Source of the DNA: Bacteroidota bacterium
GTDB taxonomy: Bacteria > Bacteroidota > Ignavibacteria > Kryptoniales > JAKASW01
Direction: 5' to 3'
DNA: 64,000 bases
NCBI GenBank assembly: GCA_021825585.1
Contig: JAKAGT010000014.1
Location: 23,129 to 87,128 of the forward strand
In this document: positions 9,907 through 20,118 of the stretch, piece after piece
Numbering within the stretch: the first letter of the stretch is position 1
Layout of the letters: the number at the start of each line of letters is the position of its first letter
The notes under the pieces: model-generated
What the model was told of the DNA's origin: nothing
Seen by the model: the letters and a program-made list of their open reading frames with translations, nothing else
The model's database searches: none
Translations under genes and position numbers: made by a program

Positions 9907-10849
9907 GCAGGCAATTGCCGTCGTCGGCCCGACCTGCACCGGGAAAACGAAGATAGGTATAGAGCTTGCGCAGCTGGTCGGCGGGGAAATAATCTCGGCA
10001 GACTCGAGACAAATATACAAACTCGCCACTATCGGCACGGCAAAGCCGTCGAAGGAGGAGCTGGAGGGAGTTCCGCATCATCTTATCGACATACTTCCGC
10101 TGGACGAGGAGATGAGCGCCGGAGTTTACTCCAGGCTTGCCAGAAAAGTCGCAGCCGAGATCTTTTCAAGGGGCCGCGTCCCGGTCATAGTCGGCGGCTC
10201 CGGGCTCTACCTGCGTGCGCTTATCGACGGTCTGTTTGAGGGGCCGGAGGTCGATGGGGAGACGAGAGCAAATCTCAGGAAGAGGTTACGTTACGAAGGG
10301 GCGGAGAAGCTTCTCGAGGAATTGAAACGGGTCGATCCGAAAGCCGCGGAAGGTTTACTACCCCAGAACTATAAGCGGATATTGAGGGCGCTTGAAGTCT
10401 GGCACGGTTCCGGGACAAAGATTTCGGAATTGCGGGAGCTTAAACCTGATACGCCGGATTTCACAACCATTCAATTCGGGCTTCAGGTCGAACGAAAAGA
10501 GTTGTATCGCCGGATAGAAAAGCGTGTCGACGGAATGATCGAGCAGGGCCTTGTGGATGAAGTTAAAGATATCCTTCGCCGCGGATTCGATCCGGCTCTC
10601 AATTCATTACAGACCGTCGGCTATCGCGAGGTCGTCTCTTACCTCCAGCAAAGGATGCCGTTCGAAGAAATGGTTGATTTGGTAAAGATGAACACGCGGC
10701 GCTACGCAAAACGGCAGATGACATGGTTTCGGAAGGACGGAAGAATAATCTGGATAGAAACGGGCGGGATTGGACCCGCTCAGGTTGCAGGGGAGATCAG
10801 TTCAATGCTTGGGAAATTGCCCGGCAACTCTCAGGCAACAGGGCGATGA
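9896..10849 (+). CDS. miaA: tRNA dimethylallyltransferase; start codon uncertain
   Basis: The frame is open from 9872. The P-loop AVVGPTCTGKT is encoded at 9917-9949, well upstream of the first ATG (10112). There is no ATG/GTG/TTG/CTG between the in-frame TAG (9869) and the P-loop; the candidates are ATA 9896 and ATT 9914. The rest is typical MiaA (ADSRQIY, GTAKP, GGSGLY). Confidence 0.8.
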   Translation: MAGRQAIAVVGPTCTGKTKIGIELAQLVGGEIISADSRQIYKLATIGTAKPSKEELEGVPHHLIDILPLDEEMSAGVYSRLARKVAAEIFSRGRVPVIVGGSGLYLRALIDGLFEGPEVDGETRANLRKRLRYEGAEKLLEELKRVDPKAAEGLLPQNYKRILRALEVWHGSGTKISELRELKPDTPDFTTIQFGLQVERKELYRRIEKRVDGMIEQGLVDEVKDILRRGFDPALNSLQTVGYREVVSYLQQRMPFEEMVDLVKMNTRRYAKRQMTWFRKDGRIIWIETGGIGPAQVAGEISSMLGKLPGNSQATGR

Positions 10850-10904
10850 AGTTCAAAGCCTCCGGATCGCACCGCCGTCAAGACAAGAGTTGGTCGACCG
10901 TAAA

Positions 10905-11474
10905 CTATCCCTGTGAAAAGGCGGCAATTATGGCTTCCGCAGCCTGAGAGGCATCGCCGATTGTCTTTACAGACCCCATCCTCGCCTCGTGGCCTTCAGC
11001 CGTGAGGGCTTTGTTCATCAGGTCGACCACCGGTCTCCAAAAATCCGTGACGAGCACTATCGGCTTTCTGTCGATGATATCCTTGTTCATCAACTCCCAA
11101 ACGGCGGCGAACTCGACGAGCGTGCCCGTCGCCCCCTTCAGAACCATGTAGGCGTCCCCTATCTCGACAAGCCTCTCCAGCCTCTCATAAAGGGAAGCCG
11201 TGTGGACCTGAACATTTACGTACTGGTTTGGTGTCGGAGAGAAGGCCGCAAATGTAACCCCGATTATCTTCACGTCTGATTCGGAGGCTCCCTTCGATAC
11301 CGCTTCCATTATCCCCCCATAACCCCCCGTACACACAGATATCCCCGCCCGGGCAAGCTTTTTCCCGATGAGTTCAGCATCCTCGTATTCTTTCGATCCC
11401 TCGACAGGGCTGCTGCTTCCGAAGACGGTTACAATCTTGCCCTGAGAGGGGTGTGGGGGTTGTGTTTCAGACAC
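10905..11474 (-). CDS. LOG/TIGR00725-like Rossmann-fold nucleotide-binding protein
   Basis: 189 aa with VFGSS, TGGYGGIMEAVSKGA and KGATGTLVEF motifs, resembling the LOG/SLOG signatures GGGxxGxM and PGGxGTxxE. Confidence 0.6.
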   Translation of the reverse strand: MSETQPPHPSQGKIVTVFGSSSPVEGSKEYEDAELIGKKLARAGISVCTGGYGGIMEAVSKGASESDVKIIGVTFAAFSPTPNQYVNVQVHTASLYERLERLVEIGDAYMVLKGATGTLVEFAAVWELMNKDIIDRKPIVLVTDFWRPVVDLMNKALTAEGHEARMGSVKTIGDASQAAEAIIAAFSQG

Positions 11475-11479
11475 AAAAT

Positions 11480-13630
11480 CTAGTTGTAAATCGTGATCCT
11501 CTGGCCGGGACGGATATCCCGTTCAGCCGTAGTATTCCATTCTTTGAGCTGGTCAAGAGATACGCCGAACTTTTTCGCAATGCTCCAGAGAGAATCGCCG
11601 GGGCGTACTCTATAAACCGTCCGGGAATCAGAATTATCTGCGATCAGGCCTGTCTGGTCGGCGCCGGTGTTGATGGCTGTCGATGCAGCCGCTACTCGCA
11701 AGCGCTGACCGATGCTAATCCTGTTGGAACGCAGGCTGTTCCATCGTCGAAGGTCGGTTACGGTAACGTGGTAAAGCGAAGCAATTCCTATCAAAGTCTC
11801 GCCGCTCCTCACCCTGTGGAATCCGGTAGGGGATGTCGTGGTGGGCGGGGGATCAACCTGTGCTTGTGCGACGGTCTTTCTGCTCGTCTTGGCGGCCATC
11901 ACAATCAGCCTCATTCTGGGCCGGATCATCGTTCCGCGAAGATGGTTCAGTCTCTTCAGCCGCGCTACCGTTGTACCGTAACGGGCAGCTATCTCACCAA
12001 GGGTTTCACCCCTCCTCACGACGTGAATCGACGATGTCGTGCTCCCTGTGCGCTCTGCAACTCTCTCACCGCGGGCGTAATATGAACTTCTGACGGGAAT
12101 CAAAAGGAGAGTTCCGGCCATCACTCTTCTGGTCCGCCAGGACAGGTCGTTCGCAATTCTCAGTGAACGGAGTCCGACACGGTATCTTCTGGCAATTCCG
12201 TAAAGCGTTTCGCCGTAGCGAACGCGGTGGAACGTCCATGTCAACTTGGCAGATTCGGGAATTTTCTGATAATCTTCGGCAAACACAGGACCCATCCCCT
12301 GCGGCACCAGTAGGGGATAGCCGCGTCCGTCAAAATCGGGCGGCGTCACCGCATGCACGAGTTCCGGATTCATCTTGATGAGCGTATCGAGGCTGACCCC
12401 GGTCGCTTCGGCTAGGACTTTCAGCTCAACGCTGTCGGGAATCCTCACCGTATCGCATGGAGCCGGTGCGGCTGCGACGCTGTCGCTAAAACCGTACTCA
12501 GTCGGGTTCATTGCTATCAGAGTGACCGCTATGTACTGCGGGACGTAGTTCCTGGTCTCACGTGGCAGGAAGCGTTTTATTTGCCAGAAATCCCTGTCGC
12601 CCCCGCTCCTGCGGATCGCCCTCTCGACGGAACGCGTTCCACAGTTGTAGGCCGCTATGGCTAAGTACCAGTTGTTGTAGTAATTGTAAAGGTCTTTCAA
12701 GTGTTTTGCGGCGGCTTCGGTTGCAAGAACCGGATTCCGACGCTCATCATACCACCAATTCGAGTGAAGCCCGTAAAGGTTTCCCGTCGAGCGGATAAAC
12801 TGCCAGAGTCCTACGGCTCTCGCCCATGATCGCGCGGTCGGGTCGAGACCGCTTTCCGGCATGGACAAATAAGCGATCTCTGCAGGAAGGCCTTCCTGCA
12901 GGAAAATCTTCTTCATTGTGGGCATGTACAAACCGGAACGGTAAATCCAGTTTTGCATGTGCCATCTTCCGCGAGTCGTGAAGAATTCTATATTCTGCTC
13001 GACAAACCGGTTCATGACAAGCGGTATGGTAGTCTTGGGAGCGGCCTGCTTTGGGAACTTAGCTCCGGCAATGCTTATTGAATCGACTATCTGTGAGAGT
13101 TTCTCCTGAAGGGCGAAAACCGATGTACCAGGCTCCAGGTTCTGAACGCTCGAAATGTATGTCTTGTAATCGTTTATTATCTGCTGGCTGAGAGCCACGA
13201 AGTCCTTGTTTTCTTCAATGTCGGGGTAGTAGCTCAGATCGTTCAGGACATCTATGCTGTTTTCGAATTGGATTACCGATGAATCCTGTGCCCCCATTTT
13301 CTGCAGCCTTATTGCGTCGGTATAATATTCCCGTGCCAGTGCCATCAACTTGTCAACAGCGTCATCGTCCGTGAGAATTGAATCAGGGCCGCTTAAGGTG
13401 GTCAATTCGGTTTGTTGGACTATGGCACGCCTGCTCATTTCCACGGAAGACTTCAAACTAAGCGAGTCTTGTTGTGACTCGGCTTTAACCTGAGCCTCCA
13501 CGGATTGTGATTTCTGAAGCTCTTTGTTCGAAGAGCAGGAGAATGAAATAGTCGCTAACAAGCCCCCAATAATCAGTAGGAAAGAGTTCTTTCTTTGCAT
13601 TGGCCTCGTTCGTTTGGAAATACCTATCAA
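11480..13630 (-). CDS. Membrane-bound lytic murein transglycosylase (MltD-like) with four C-terminal LysM repeats
   Basis: SLT catalytic region (MPESGLDPTARSWARAVGLWQF) and four LysM units (YGETLYGIARRY.., RGETLGEIAARY.., SGETLIGIASLY.., PGDSLWSIAKKF..). The true start may be ATG at 13600, which gives a lipoprotein-like leader. Confidence 0.8.
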   Translation of the reverse strand: MIGISKRTRPMQRKNSFLLIIGGLLATISFSCSSNKELQKSQSVEAQVKAESQQDSLSLKSSVEMSRRAIVQQTELTTLSGPDSILTDDDAVDKLMALAREYYTDAIRLQKMGAQDSSVIQFENSIDVLNDLSYYPDIEENKDFVALSQQIINDYKTYISSVQNLEPGTSVFALQEKLSQIVDSISIAGAKFPKQAAPKTTIPLVMNRFVEQNIEFFTTRGRWHMQNWIYRSGLYMPTMKKIFLQEGLPAEIAYLSMPESGLDPTARSWARAVGLWQFIRSTGNLYGLHSNWWYDERRNPVLATEAAAKHLKDLYNYYNNWYLAIAAYNCGTRSVERAIRRSGGDRDFWQIKRFLPRETRNYVPQYIAVTLIAMNPTEYGFSDSVAAAPAPCDTVRIPDSVELKVLAEATGVSLDTLIKMNPELVHAVTPPDFDGRGYPLLVPQGMGPVFAEDYQKIPESAKLTWTFHRVRYGETLYGIARRYRVGLRSLRIANDLSWRTRRVMAGTLLLIPVRSSYYARGERVAERTGSTTSSIHVVRRGETLGEIAARYGTTVARLKRLNHLRGTMIRPRMRLIVMAAKTSRKTVAQAQVDPPPTTTSPTGFHRVRSGETLIGIASLYHVTVTDLRRWNSLRSNRISIGQRLRVAAASTAINTGADQTGLIADNSDSRTVYRVRPGDSLWSIAKKFGVSLDQLKEWNTTAERDIRPGQRITIYN

Positions 13631-13792
13631 TATAGGCGTGTCCTAAGTTTTTGTCAAGTAAAAGTTTAAGCGGTGACTGAAACTGCCGGATATTTCAAGA
13701 CTTAACCTCTGATCATAGTATCGGACAACCTGAAGGGATCTGTAGTACCGCAACCCCTCTACGGCCCAGGCTGGGAACCCCGTTCGTTCAGA

Positions 13793-13814
13793 GAGGCGGG
13801 ATATTTCCCGCCTC
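13793..13814 (-). terminator. Stem-loop just downstream of the mutase gene (possible terminator)
   Basis: GAGGCGGGA-TATT-TCCCGCCTC, a 9-bp GC-rich stem 15 nt after the stop. There is no clear U-run, so function is uncertain. Confidence 0.35.
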
Positions 13815-13828
13815 ATGCTTCTCCAGGT

Positions 13829-15490
13829 TCAGAAAACGACCGGTTCTTCGTACACGCCGAACACCTCTTTCAGCGTGTTACACATCTCACCCAGCGTCAC
13901 ATACACACGCGTGGCTTGAAGCAGCTTCGGCATCAAATTCGATCCATCTTCAGCGGCCCTTTTCAGTTCGGATAGAGAGTTTTCCGCCTCCACTTCGCTC
14001 CTGTGAGCCCGTACCTCCTCGATTCGCTGCCGCTGCTTAATTTCCACCTCTTTTGGTATCTCGAGAATCGGGATGGATATCTGCTCGTTTTCCTGCACGT
14101 ATTCATTAACCCCCACGATAATCTTCTCCCTCCTGTCGAGCTCCTGCTGATACCGGTATGCGGCATCCGCTATTTCGCGCTGGAAGAAGCCCTGCTCAAT
14201 GGCGGCAATTACACCGCCAAGAGAGTCGATCTTCTCGAAATATCTTTCAGCCTCCCGCTCCATTCTATTGGTGAGATTCTCAATGAAGTAGCTTCCGGCA
14301 AGCGGGTCGATTGTGTTCGCAACGCCGGTTTCGTGTGCCAGGATTTGCTGCGTACGTAGGGCAATAGTCACCGCCTTTTCGCTTGGGAGTGCAAGCGTCT
14401 CATCCATGGAATTAGTGTGGAGTGACTGAGTTCCGCCAAGAACCGCGGCCAAAGCCTGGTATGCCGTACGGACGATGTTGTTTTCGGGCTGCTGGGCGGT
14501 CAAAGAGCATCCGGCAGTTTGTGTGTGAAATCGTAGTGTCCATGTTCGCGGATTTTTTGCACCGTATTTGTCTCGCATCCGCCGGGCCCAGATTCTCCTC
14601 GCCGCCCTGAACTTGGCGATCTCTTCGAAGAAGTCGAGATGAGAATTGAAGAAGAACGAAAGCTGAGGGACAAATTCGTTCAGGTCCAGGCCGGCGGCGA
14701 TTCCGGCTTCTACATAAGCGAACCCGTTAGCAAGCGTAAATGCCAATTCCTGGGCAGCAGTCGAACCTGCCTCCCTGATGTGATAGCCGCTTATTGAAAT
14801 CGGGTTCCACTTCGGCATTTCCTTCACGGCATACGCGAACATATCCGTGATGATTCTCATCGACGGATTCGGGGGATATATCCATTCCTTCTGGGCAATG
14901 TATTCCTTCAGGATATCGTTCTGGATCGTACCGCGAAGTTGAGGTGCCATCACGCCCTGCTTTTCTGCTACGACAATATAGAAGGCCAACAGCATGGCGG
15001 CAGGTGCGTTTATGGTCATCGAAGTAGAAACCTTGTCGAGCGGAATTCCGTCGAAAAGAACTTCCATATCGGCAAGTGAACTGACTGATACGCCGCAGAG
15101 TCCGACTTCGCCCTCCGAAAGAGGATCGTCTGCATCCCGTCCCATCAGAGTGGGGAGATCAAAAGCCACGCTTAGACCGGTCTGACCGTTTTCGAGGAGG
15201 TAGTGGTAGCGTTTGTTCGAGTCTTCGGGCGTTCCAAAGCCTGCAAACTGTCGCATGGTCCAGAGTCGCCCGCGGTACATCGTCTGATGTATCCCGCGTG
15301 TGTAAGGAAATTCTCCCGGAAAACCTATGTCGTTCCGGAAGTCGAGGTTCTCGATGTCATCAGGGGTGTATAACGCATCGATCGGTTCACCGCTCACGGT
15401 GGTGAATTTTGCAGGCCGGGTTTCTCTCGTCGCTGCCTCTTTTTCCCACTCCGCTTTTCGCTTCTTAATCTCATCGATGGAGTTGTTCAT
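13829..15490 (-). CDS. Methylmalonyl-CoA mutase family, catalytic (N-terminal barrel) subunit only
   Basis: 553 aa from ATG 15490 ([15 protein letters not shown]...) with [15 protein letters not shown] and [34 protein letters not shown] motifs. No B12-binding domain. The start overlaps the upstream stop (ATGA). Confidence 0.85.
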   Translation of the reverse strand: MNNSIDEIKKRKAEWEKEAATRETRPAKFTTVSGEPIDALYTPDDIENLDFRNDIGFPGEFPYTRGIHQTMYRGRLWTMRQFAGFGTPEDSNKRYHYLLENGQTGLSVAFDLPTLMGRDADDPLSEGEVGLCGVSVSSLADMEVLFDGIPLDKVSTSMTINAPAAMLLAFYIVVAEKQGVMAPQLRGTIQNDILKEYIAQKEWIYPPNPSMRIITDMFAYAVKEMPKWNPISISGYHIREAGSTAAQELAFTLANGFAYVEAGIAAGLDLNEFVPQLSFFFNSHLDFFEEIAKFRAARRIWARRMRDKYGAKNPRTWTLRFHTQTAGCSLTAQQPENNIVRTAYQALAAVLGGTQSLHTNSMDETLALPSEKAVTIALRTQQILAHETGVANTIDPLAGSYFIENLTNRMEREAERYFEKIDSLGGVIAAIEQGFFQREIADAAYRYQQELDRREKIIVGVNEYVQENEQISIPILEIPKEVEIKQRQRIEEVRAHRSEVEAENSLSELKRAAEDGSNLMPKLLQATRVYVTLGEMCNTLKEVFGVYEEPVVF

Positions 15491-16224
15491 TGAATCACCT
15501 TTTCCCTTTTGATTCGGCGGTAAGAATCGGATATGATCTTTACCACTGCCGCGCACATTAGAAGGTATCCGGCCAGAAATGGTATCCAGTCGAAAGACGT
15601 CGGTGCATAGTTTCCCAGGCCTTTTGGGCCCACGGAAAATAAGATATGAAAAATTTTCCCCGTAAACGAGTATAATACCACGAAACAGCCTGCAGCGAAC
15701 ACCCATGAGTTTCGGCCGCCGATCCTGACCTCGTCCGACCTGTCGGCCAGATTAATGAGGGCAAGGGAACCCGCACCAAGAAGAATAGAGATCAGCACAG
15801 GTGTGAGGACGGGGCCGATCCATGCCACCGGAATCAGGAAGAGTATGTCGAAGCTCAGCAGCGAACTTGGCCAGCCGATCATGAGTTTGAGAAAGACATA
15901 GTAGAATATGTCCCAAAGCGCAAATGCGTATATGAAAAACATCCACTTTTGAAGCTTGTTTCTCCCGGCCAGGAGCCCAACCGCCAGGAGCATTATTACA
16001 GTCGCCGCTTCGCGCCCCACCTCTATGAGTGCAAAATTGGGTTGCAGATACTTCATGGGGAATACTTCCGAGACGCTCCCGAAAATCATTTGCCGGAGGT
16101 AGACGACTACCGCGGACTCGACATATGCCATTGCTATCGCGTATATGGAGACCGTAAAAGCCTTTTTCACGCCGCCAATTTCTGCAAGTTGATCGACTCT
16201 TTCAATGTCAGCCGGAAGCCGCAT
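15487..16224 (-). CDS. Polytopic membrane protein of unknown function
   Basis: Up to 245 aa with about 6 hydrophobic helices. 4-nt ATGA overlap with the mutase gene. The N-terminus is uncertain (an internal Met at 16131 is possible). Confidence 0.5.
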   Translation of the reverse strand: MRLPADIERVDQLAEIGGVKKAFTVSIYAIAMAYVESAVVVYLRQMIFGSVSEVFPMKYLQPNFALIEVGREAATVIMLLAVGLLAGRNKLQKWMFFIYAFALWDIFYYVFLKLMIGWPSSLLSFDILFLIPVAWIGPVLTPVLISILLGAGSLALINLADRSDEVRIGGRNSWVFAAGCFVVLYSFTGKIFHILFSVGPKGLGNYAPTSFDWIPFLAGYLLMCAAVVKIISDSYRRIKREKVIQ

Positions 16225-16267
16225 CGTCCGGCGCTTCGTGCGAAGTTTCTTGATTTGCTAAACCCTC

Positions 16268-17470
16268 ATGTTTAAATTGCTTAAAGAGAATTTGATGAGG
16301 ACAAGAAGAGGGATCGCAATACTCGGCTCTACCGGGTCGATTGGAAAGAGCAGCCTTGACGTTATCTCAAGTATGAACGAGCATGGCGAAGACTACTATG
16401 TGACATATTTGGTCACGAACAAGAACGTCGATCTCCTCTACCAGCAGGTAAAGAAGTACAACCCCATCGGAGTGGTAATAATCAATGAGGAGCGCGCCAA
16501 GCAGTTTCAATCCTACCTGAACGGCGAGAAACTGAACGTCTATTCCGGAGAAGCGGGCCTTGCGGAGGTGATGTCCCGGGGAGAGTTTGACGTCCTGATC
16601 AGTTCGCTTGTCGGTTTTGCCGGGCTCCGGCCGACACTGGAAGCCCTTCGTGCGGGGAAAACGGTAGCACTGGCCAACAAGGAGACACTGGTCGTGGCCG
16701 GAGAAATTGTGAATGAGACTGCGCGCGAGTATCGTGCTAATGTTGTCCCGGTAGACAGCGAACACAGCGCTATCCTGCAGTGCTTCACCGGCGAAGATAA
16801 AGAGTCGATTGCCAAGCTGATACTTACCGCCTCCGGTGGACCATTTCTGAACAGGAGTAAAGAGGACCTTGAAAAAGTCACCGTTGAAGAGGCGCTGAAC
16901 CACCCGAACTGGCGGATGGGAAACAAGATTACGATCGATTCCGCCACCCTGATGAACAAAGGTCTTGAAGTTATTGAAGCGCATTATCTTTTCGATCTGC
17001 CGCCCGAGAGGATAGAAATCGTCGTTCATCCGCAGTCCATCATACATTCGATGGTTGAATTTGTCGACGGTTCGATAAAGGCGCAGCTGGGCATGCCCGA
17101 CATGAAGATTCCTATCCAGTATGCGCTGACATATCCGGAACGAATAAGGTCGAAGTATCAGAGGATAGATTTCGGCAAGGTGAGCCAGTTGACCTTCATG
17201 AGACCCGACGTGGAGAGGTTTCCCCTTATTAGTCTGGCTTACGAAGCTCTCAGTCAGGGCGGAACCGCGACCGCGGTGCTCAATGCGGCAAACGAGGCCT
17301 CGGTCGATCTTTTCCTGAGAAGGAAGATAAGGTTCACTCAGATAGCAGATTTTGTCAGGCAAGCCCTAGAATCCATTCCCACAAAGCGTCTCCCGGACAT
17401 AGACGAGATTTTTGAAGCGGATCGCCAGGCGAGGCAGTTTGTTTACGCGGAGACGGAGCATTCCAACTAG
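16268..17470 (+). CDS. dxr: 1-deoxy-D-xylulose-5-phosphate reductoisomerase
   Basis: ILGSTGSIG NADPH motif, LANKE, and DSEHSA. Alternative start ATG at 16295. Confidence 0.9.
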   Translation: MFKLLKENLMRTRRGIAILGSTGSIGKSSLDVISSMNEHGEDYYVTYLVTNKNVDLLYQQVKKYNPIGVVIINEERAKQFQSYLNGEKLNVYSGEAGLAEVMSRGEFDVLISSLVGFAGLRPTLEALRAGKTVALANKETLVVAGEIVNETAREYRANVVPVDSEHSAILQCFTGEDKESIAKLILTASGGPFLNRSKEDLEKVTVEEALNHPNWRMGNKITIDSATLMNKGLEVIEAHYLFDLPPERIEIVVHPQSIIHSMVEFVDGSIKAQLGMPDMKIPIQYALTYPERIRSKYQRIDFGKVSQLTFMRPDVERFPLISLAYEALSQGGTATAVLNAANEASVDLFLRRKIRFTQIADFVRQALESIPTKRLPDIDEIFEADRQARQFVYAETEHSN

Positions 17471-17490
17471 CTCAGAGTTGAGACCATAGC

Positions 17491-18792
17491 ATGACTTACA
17501 TCCTATATTTCATTATAACAATCGGAATACTCGTCCTTGTGCACGAGTTCGGGCACTTCATCGCGGCAAAGCTGTTCGGGATGAAAGTCGACACGTTTTC
17601 GGTCGGTTTTCCGCCCAGGGCTTTCGGAAAGAAAATCGGAGACACCGATTACTGCGTGTCGTGGGTACCTATTGGGGGGTATGTTAAGATTGCCGGGATG
17701 GTGGACGAGAGTTTCGACACGGATTTTCTGAAGAATCCGCCGCAGCCCAACGAGTTCCGCTCGAAACCGATGTACCAGAGGATGATTGTCGTCTCAGCGG
17801 GCGTTATAATGAATTTCCTTCTGACCTTCCTGATTTTCTACGGAATCAACCTCGCCAGCGGAAGGTTGTTCCATGCGACAACGACCGTGGGAAGTGTTTC
17901 CTCCAATTCCGTAGCGGCGGAGGTGGGCTTCAGGCAGGGAGACCAGCTTCTTTCAGTCAACAACAAGGCCGTCAAAAACTGGGAGGGCGTCGAGACTGAT
18001 CTTTACCTGGACAACGTAGCTTCTCCTTTGACCGTTAACCTGAAGCGGGAAGGCCATATTACCACACTGACCATTCCAAAGGGGACGATCAAGCCGGATA
18101 AGGACATAGGTATTTACCCCAACCACATGCACGCATTGATAGAGGCGGTCGAGCCGAATATGCCTGCTGCCAAAGCAGGCCTCAAACCCGGCGACGTAAT
18201 CGAGTCGATTGACGGCCAGGTGATCGCAACGAACGAACAGGTCGTCAACATCGTAAAGCAGAATAAAGGCAAGCTCATAAACCTCGGGATCCAGCGGGAC
18301 AACAAGCTCGAGCAAATTTCGGTCATGCCCAATTCCGACGGAAAGATCGGGATCCAGATCGGCATGTCTTACACCGGCCCGATTCAAAAGCTGAGCTACA
18401 ATGTCATTAGCGCCGCCCCGGTCGGCTTTGACGAGACGGTCGGCAACACTGCGCTGCTGGTGCAGTCCCTCGTCAGGATTGCCACCGGCAAGGTGTCGTT
18501 TACGAAATCGATAGGCGGTCCGATCAAGATAGCACAGCTGGCTACACAGAGTGCCGAGTTGGGACTCGTCGTCTTTCTGAGATTCATGGCTCTGCTAAGC
18601 ATTAGCCTCGCGGTGCTGAATATAATTCCGTTCCCTGCGCTGGACGGTGGACACCTGGCCTTCCTCGTCTATGAGTCTGTTTTCAGGAGGGAAGTGCCCG
18701 CGAAGATAAAGATATTTGCGCAGCAGGTTGGCTTCGCGATACTCCTTCTTTTCATGGCGTTCGTGATTTATAACGACATAGTGCACTTCTGA
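17491..18792 (+). CDS. rseP: RIP site-2 zinc metalloprotease RseP
   Basis: 433 aa with HEFGHF near the N-terminus, central PDZ regions, and NIIPFPALDGGHL. The dxr-rseP adjacency is common. Confidence 0.85.
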   Translation: MTYILYFIITIGILVLVHEFGHFIAAKLFGMKVDTFSVGFPPRAFGKKIGDTDYCVSWVPIGGYVKIAGMVDESFDTDFLKNPPQPNEFRSKPMYQRMIVVSAGVIMNFLLTFLIFYGINLASGRLFHATTTVGSVSSNSVAAEVGFRQGDQLLSVNNKAVKNWEGVETDLYLDNVASPLTVNLKREGHITTLTIPKGTIKPDKDIGIYPNHMHALIEAVEPNMPAAKAGLKPGDVIESIDGQVIATNEQVVNIVKQNKGKLINLGIQRDNKLEQISVMPNSDGKIGIQIGMSYTGPIQKLSYNVISAAPVGFDETVGNTALLVQSLVRIATGKVSFTKSIGGPIKIAQLATQSAELGLVVFLRFMALLSISLAVLNIIPFPALDGGHLAFLVYESVFRREVPAKIKIFAQQVGFAILLLFMAFVIYNDIVHF

Positions 18793-18940
18793 CACTATCC
18801 TTTGGTGTCATTTCACCGGAATTGCAGACCGGAGTTGCCTGCTCACCTGACCGGGCGAACGATGCGGCTTTAGAAGCTGGCAGGGGAGGTCAGGCGGATC
18901 ACGAATTGCGTTTCACTTCATGTGCTTATAAATTTACCCA

Positions 18941-20029
18941 ATGGCAAAACAGAAGAAGAGTTCTCGGGAGGATCCGAAGCCTCAAAGGGGAGTAGCTCCA
19001 ACCGAGGTCGAGGACGATTCAAAGTTCGACAGGGCGCTTCGCCCGAAAATCCTCAAGGAGTTCGTCGGACAGAAGAAGATCGTCGGCAAACTCAAGGTAT
19101 TTATAGAGGCTGCAAAGAGGCGCAAGGAGGCGCTGGACCATGTGTTGTTCATGGGGCCTCCGGGGCTCGGGAAGACCACACTGGCCAACATCATTGCAAA
19201 CGAACTCGGGTCCGAGCTCATTTCCACGACGGGCCCATCTCTCGAAAGGCCGGGTGATCTTGCGGGAATCCTGACGTCGATGCAGGACGGCGTCGTTCTG
19301 TTCATAGACGAGGTACATCGCATGCCGGCCGCCGTCGAGGAAATCCTTTACGGGGCCATGGAGGATTACAGGGTTTCGATCGTTGTCGACAGGGGACCCG
19401 GTGCGAGAAGCGTTCAGTTAGGACTCAATCCGTTTACGCTCGTTGCAGCCACTACACGTGCGGGTCTTCTCAGCAATCCGTTCAGGTCCAGGTTCGGCAT
19501 CATAGAACGGCTGGCATATTACGAAGATGAGGAGTTGCAGTCCATCGTGGAACGGTCCGCTTCCATTCTCGATGTCGATATTGACGAAGAATCCTCATTC
19601 GAGATTGCGCGCCGGAGCCGGGGAACTCCTAGAATCGCGAACCGCTTCCTGAGGCGAACTCGCGACTATGCAGATGTCGACAATAAGGGTAAAATCACCC
19701 TGGAGGTCGCAAGGCATGCGCTTCAGCAGCTTGAGGTCGACAAGACCGGGCTGGACGAAATGGACAAGAAAATTCTCATGACTGTTATCGATTATTACAA
19801 AGGAGGACCGGCCGGAGTCAATGCCGTTGCTGCAGTAGTAGGCGAAGATGCCGGCACGATCGAGGAAGTCTACGAACCGTTCCTCCTGCAGAAGGGCTAT
19901 TTGAGAAGGACTCTGCGGGGAAGGGAAGCCACCGAAAAGGCGTATGAGCTTATCGGCAGGGAGAAGAAAGCTTCTTCAATGCAAACAGAATTGCCTATTG
20001 ACCGCCCGGAACAGAGCACCGAAAACTAA
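18941..20029 (+). CDS. ruvB: Holliday junction branch-migration ATPase RuvB
   Basis: LRPKILKEFVGQ, Walker A GPPGLGKTT, Walker B FIDEVHR, and RGTPRIANR. Confidence 0.95.
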   Translation: MAKQKKSSREDPKPQRGVAPTEVEDDSKFDRALRPKILKEFVGQKKIVGKLKVFIEAAKRRKEALDHVLFMGPPGLGKTTLANIIANELGSELISTTGPSLERPGDLAGILTSMQDGVVLFIDEVHRMPAAVEEILYGAMEDYRVSIVVDRGPGARSVQLGLNPFTLVAATTRAGLLSNPFRSRFGIIERLAYYEDEELQSIVERSASILDVDIDEESSFEIARRSRGTPRIANRFLRRTRDYADVDNKGKITLEVARHALQQLEVDKTGLDEMDKKILMTVIDYYKGGPAGVNAVAAVVGEDAGTIEEVYEPFLLQKGYLRRTLRGREATEKAYELIGREKKASSMQTELPIDRPEQSTEN

Positions 20030-20118
20030 ATTCCCCCCGGACGCATAAATCCCTCCGATTTGCATAATCATACCGAAGCGACCGACCTGGCCGGGAGACA
20101 ACGTCCCAAAACGAAATC

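Noticed and set aside
9869-9914. Programmed frameshifting might fuse pcm and miaA.
   Set aside because: No slippery heptamer or stimulatory structure is evident at the junction. Pcm ends at a normal length, and a near-cognate start or a sequence error is the simpler explanation.
13829-15706. The ORF track gives an extended 625-aa version of the mutase ORF.
   Set aside because: The extra 72 N-terminal residues overlap the upstream membrane-protein gene and are not mutase-like. The ATG at 15490 gives a typical N-terminus and an ATGA coupling junction.
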